Shown here piece after piece: positions 61,795 through 64,000 of a DNA stretch of 64,000 nt. The number at the start of each line of letters is the position of its first letter. Positions within the stretch are counted from its first letter, which is position 1. The stretch comes from Macrostomum hystrix (lineage: Eukaryota > Animalia > Platyhelminthes). A model generated the notes under the pieces. It was not told the origin of the DNA. It saw only the letters and a program-made list of their open reading frames with translations, and made no database searches. The position numbers and the translations under genes are program-made. The DNA lies in contig CATNEN010000038.1 in assembly GCA_950097015.1 (NCBI GenBank), positions 33,232,001 through 33,296,000 of the forward strand, given 5' to 3'.

Positions 61795-63131
61795 CCCTAA
61801 ATGATGAAAAAGCTACCCAAATTGATTAAAAGAGGCACCCAAAAATATGAAAAAGTTACCTTAATATGAAAAAAATGTTTGACCCCTAATGGTGGAAAGG
61901 GGTGAATTAAAATGTGGAATTGTGACTATTGGCTTAAAATGGCTTAAAATAATGGTGGTCCTGAGTCATAAAAAGGCAGCAGCAAAAATAAGTGAGCTTA
62001 CATTGTAGAAAATTAGATTCGATTATATAAGCTATTAAATGTACAGAAAGGGTGACTCTAAGAATAGAAACATTGATGAAGCATTTAAAAAAGGTACCCC
62101 AAAATTGAAAAAAATAATTTATAACATATTGTGTAAACAAAACTTGTGAAGTAGTATTTAAAATCATTAAAAAGTAATTTTCAAGCAAAAATTTAGCCAT
62201 TTTTCACATTACAACTATCACTATTGGTGGTTTTCAGATTTTAGAAGAAATAAAAAGCCTATAGACTCCTCACTCCTTATTTTCCTGTTCAAATAATGAA
62301 TGAATCTTAGTTAATATTCCCTTATTCTGTTGCCAAGCTAGCAAACCCTGGTTTTACCTTTTTTCTACTCTCTGTCCTAGTAGCTTCTTATGATTGACAT
62401 ATGGCAGTTCAGTACTACAGTGAACACCATATTTGAAGTTACACACATGCTTTCTTACCATATTACTGAGTTAAGAGGAACATTATATAAAAATGATTTA
62501 CATAATTGGTAAGCACTGTTTTGCCTCAGTTAAAAAATAATTGTTTGATAATTGTTTAATACCTTGTTTTAAATTCTAGTCCTCTGTGTTGCACTAGAGT
62601 AATTTGGTATGGTATTGGCTATTATTTAGTGGCTATGTTAACTTCGTTATTTGACGTGAAATACAATATGCAAATTAACTACAAGCTTTTTTCAGGAATA
62701 CATTTTTAGACACTGTGGAAAATGCAATATGGCACTCCTTGGGTAGCATGAATGGTTCCAGATGTCAATTTTCGAATCACAAGGTGTGGGCATTATTTAA
62801 TCTCCAAATTTTAATCTTAAATCTAAAAACTGATTTCCTCCAGTTATATGTTCCATATCCTTGCTTGGGATTACATCAGCACATGTGTGCCATGCTCTTT
62901 GACAACAAGCAAAAGTGTGCAGAATGTATATAAAATAACACTTATTTCATTAGGGACCATTATTGTGACAGAAAATTAATTTATATTAGAAAATATTACT
63001 AGATTTGGTTTTGCATGTTCAAAGAAATTGTATAAAAGCAAAAATTTGATATTTTGAATGAAAAACTTTAGTATGTAATAAAAATTATTAATGTAACATT
63101 ACAAAATATTGTTATAAACTAAAACTTAATT

Positions 63132-63719
63132 TAACAAGGCTTATCACTCTACTTTTCTCTCTTTTGGTATTGTAATCTTCTGGCCTCCTTTGTTACTTAT
63201 TTCTCTCTCTAACTCTTTGTATTCTCCTTTAAATCTTATCTTGGTGACCCTGAAAAGGGCCGTTTTAACTCCACAACTCTTACACTGTGAGCGTCCCTTA
63301 AGGTAGCACTTTTGCACTGGCACGAGCGGTTTATCCTTCTAAGGCACTAGGTCTCTTATTCCCCAGTCTCAGCTGGGCGTTTCTCCAGTCTCAGCTGGGC
63401 ATTTCTCCAGGATTAGAGGGTCACAGCCTAAACCTCTGTCTTATCTCCACACTGGACAATATCTTCTTAATATATTAATTGACACAACAATTTCACTTAT
63501 TCAAAAGGTGGTACTCAGTTATTGCCTTTCTTAGGCTCACTGGCGAGGTATATTTTTAACAGCAAGATTTTCCTCATTTATATAGTGTTCTTAAAATTTG
63601 TTTTAATGTACAGTGTTTTCCTATAATAAAAAAATATTTATAGTATATGGCATATAAAATATATAGAGCAGAAAAAAAATAATTGAGATATACTGTATAG
63701 TGCAAAAATATTGAACTGT
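63132..63719 (-). repeat. Interspersed repeat, copy 2 (inverse of 27310-27873)
   Basis: Collinear reverse-complement similarity; the stem-loop at 63246-63261 is identical to copy 1. Confidence 0.9.
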
Positions 63720-64000
63720 TACATTAACAGTTTAATTAAGTTAAATATAGTAACAAACTAAGACTAAACAGTAAAACAATGATATGAACTTGTAAACAAA
63801 GAAACAAATATTTATAATTTTGATGCAGCAAGAAATGAGGTTTACTATTTTGTTATTTAACACACAACAATTGTCTTTGAGGCCTTCAAGCCAACTGTGC
63901 TAAATTCATCAAAATGCTAAAGGAATATAGCCTGCTCAAGTCTTGTAAGATACACTTTAAAAACTTAATTTAAAAAAAGCACTATGTATTTTCAGCAATT

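Overview
Eukaryotic, probably invertebrate animal, genomic DNA: AT-rich, with spliceosomal introns and many transposons. All calls come from my own motif reading; no database searches were run. (1) 1.8-12.8 kb: three nested CACTA/EnSpm-type DNA transposons. The innermost (3644-10731) looks complete, with an intact 636-aa transposase and a 7-exon DUF4806-like gene. It sits in the last intron of a paralogous DUF4806-like gene of a second element, whose right end sits in an intron of a Ulp1-like protease gene of a third element, whose right end cuts into a Polinton polymerase. (2) 12.8-21.4 kb: a decaying Polinton/Maverick (adintovirus-like) endogenous virus with pPolB fragment, A32 ATPase, adenain, major and minor capsid, basic core protein and chromodomain integrase. 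Its accessory set is unusual: a TBP-like gene, a tandem-PC4 gene, a DEDDh-like domain and a possible PHD finger. (3) 22-37 kb: remnants of LINE, gypsy, hAT, mariner and MITE elements. (4) 37.6-59.3 kb: three host genes (Mad/Mxd-like bHLH-Zip, MBOAT1/2-like acyltransferase, quiver/sleepless-like Ly6). Their introns and intergenic spaces are largely filled by distinct 18-40 bp minisatellites. Best candidates for novelty are the Polinton-borne TBP/PC4 module, the intron-located CACTA nesting with capture of viral DNA, and an interspersed repeat carrying a histone-type 3' stem-loop.
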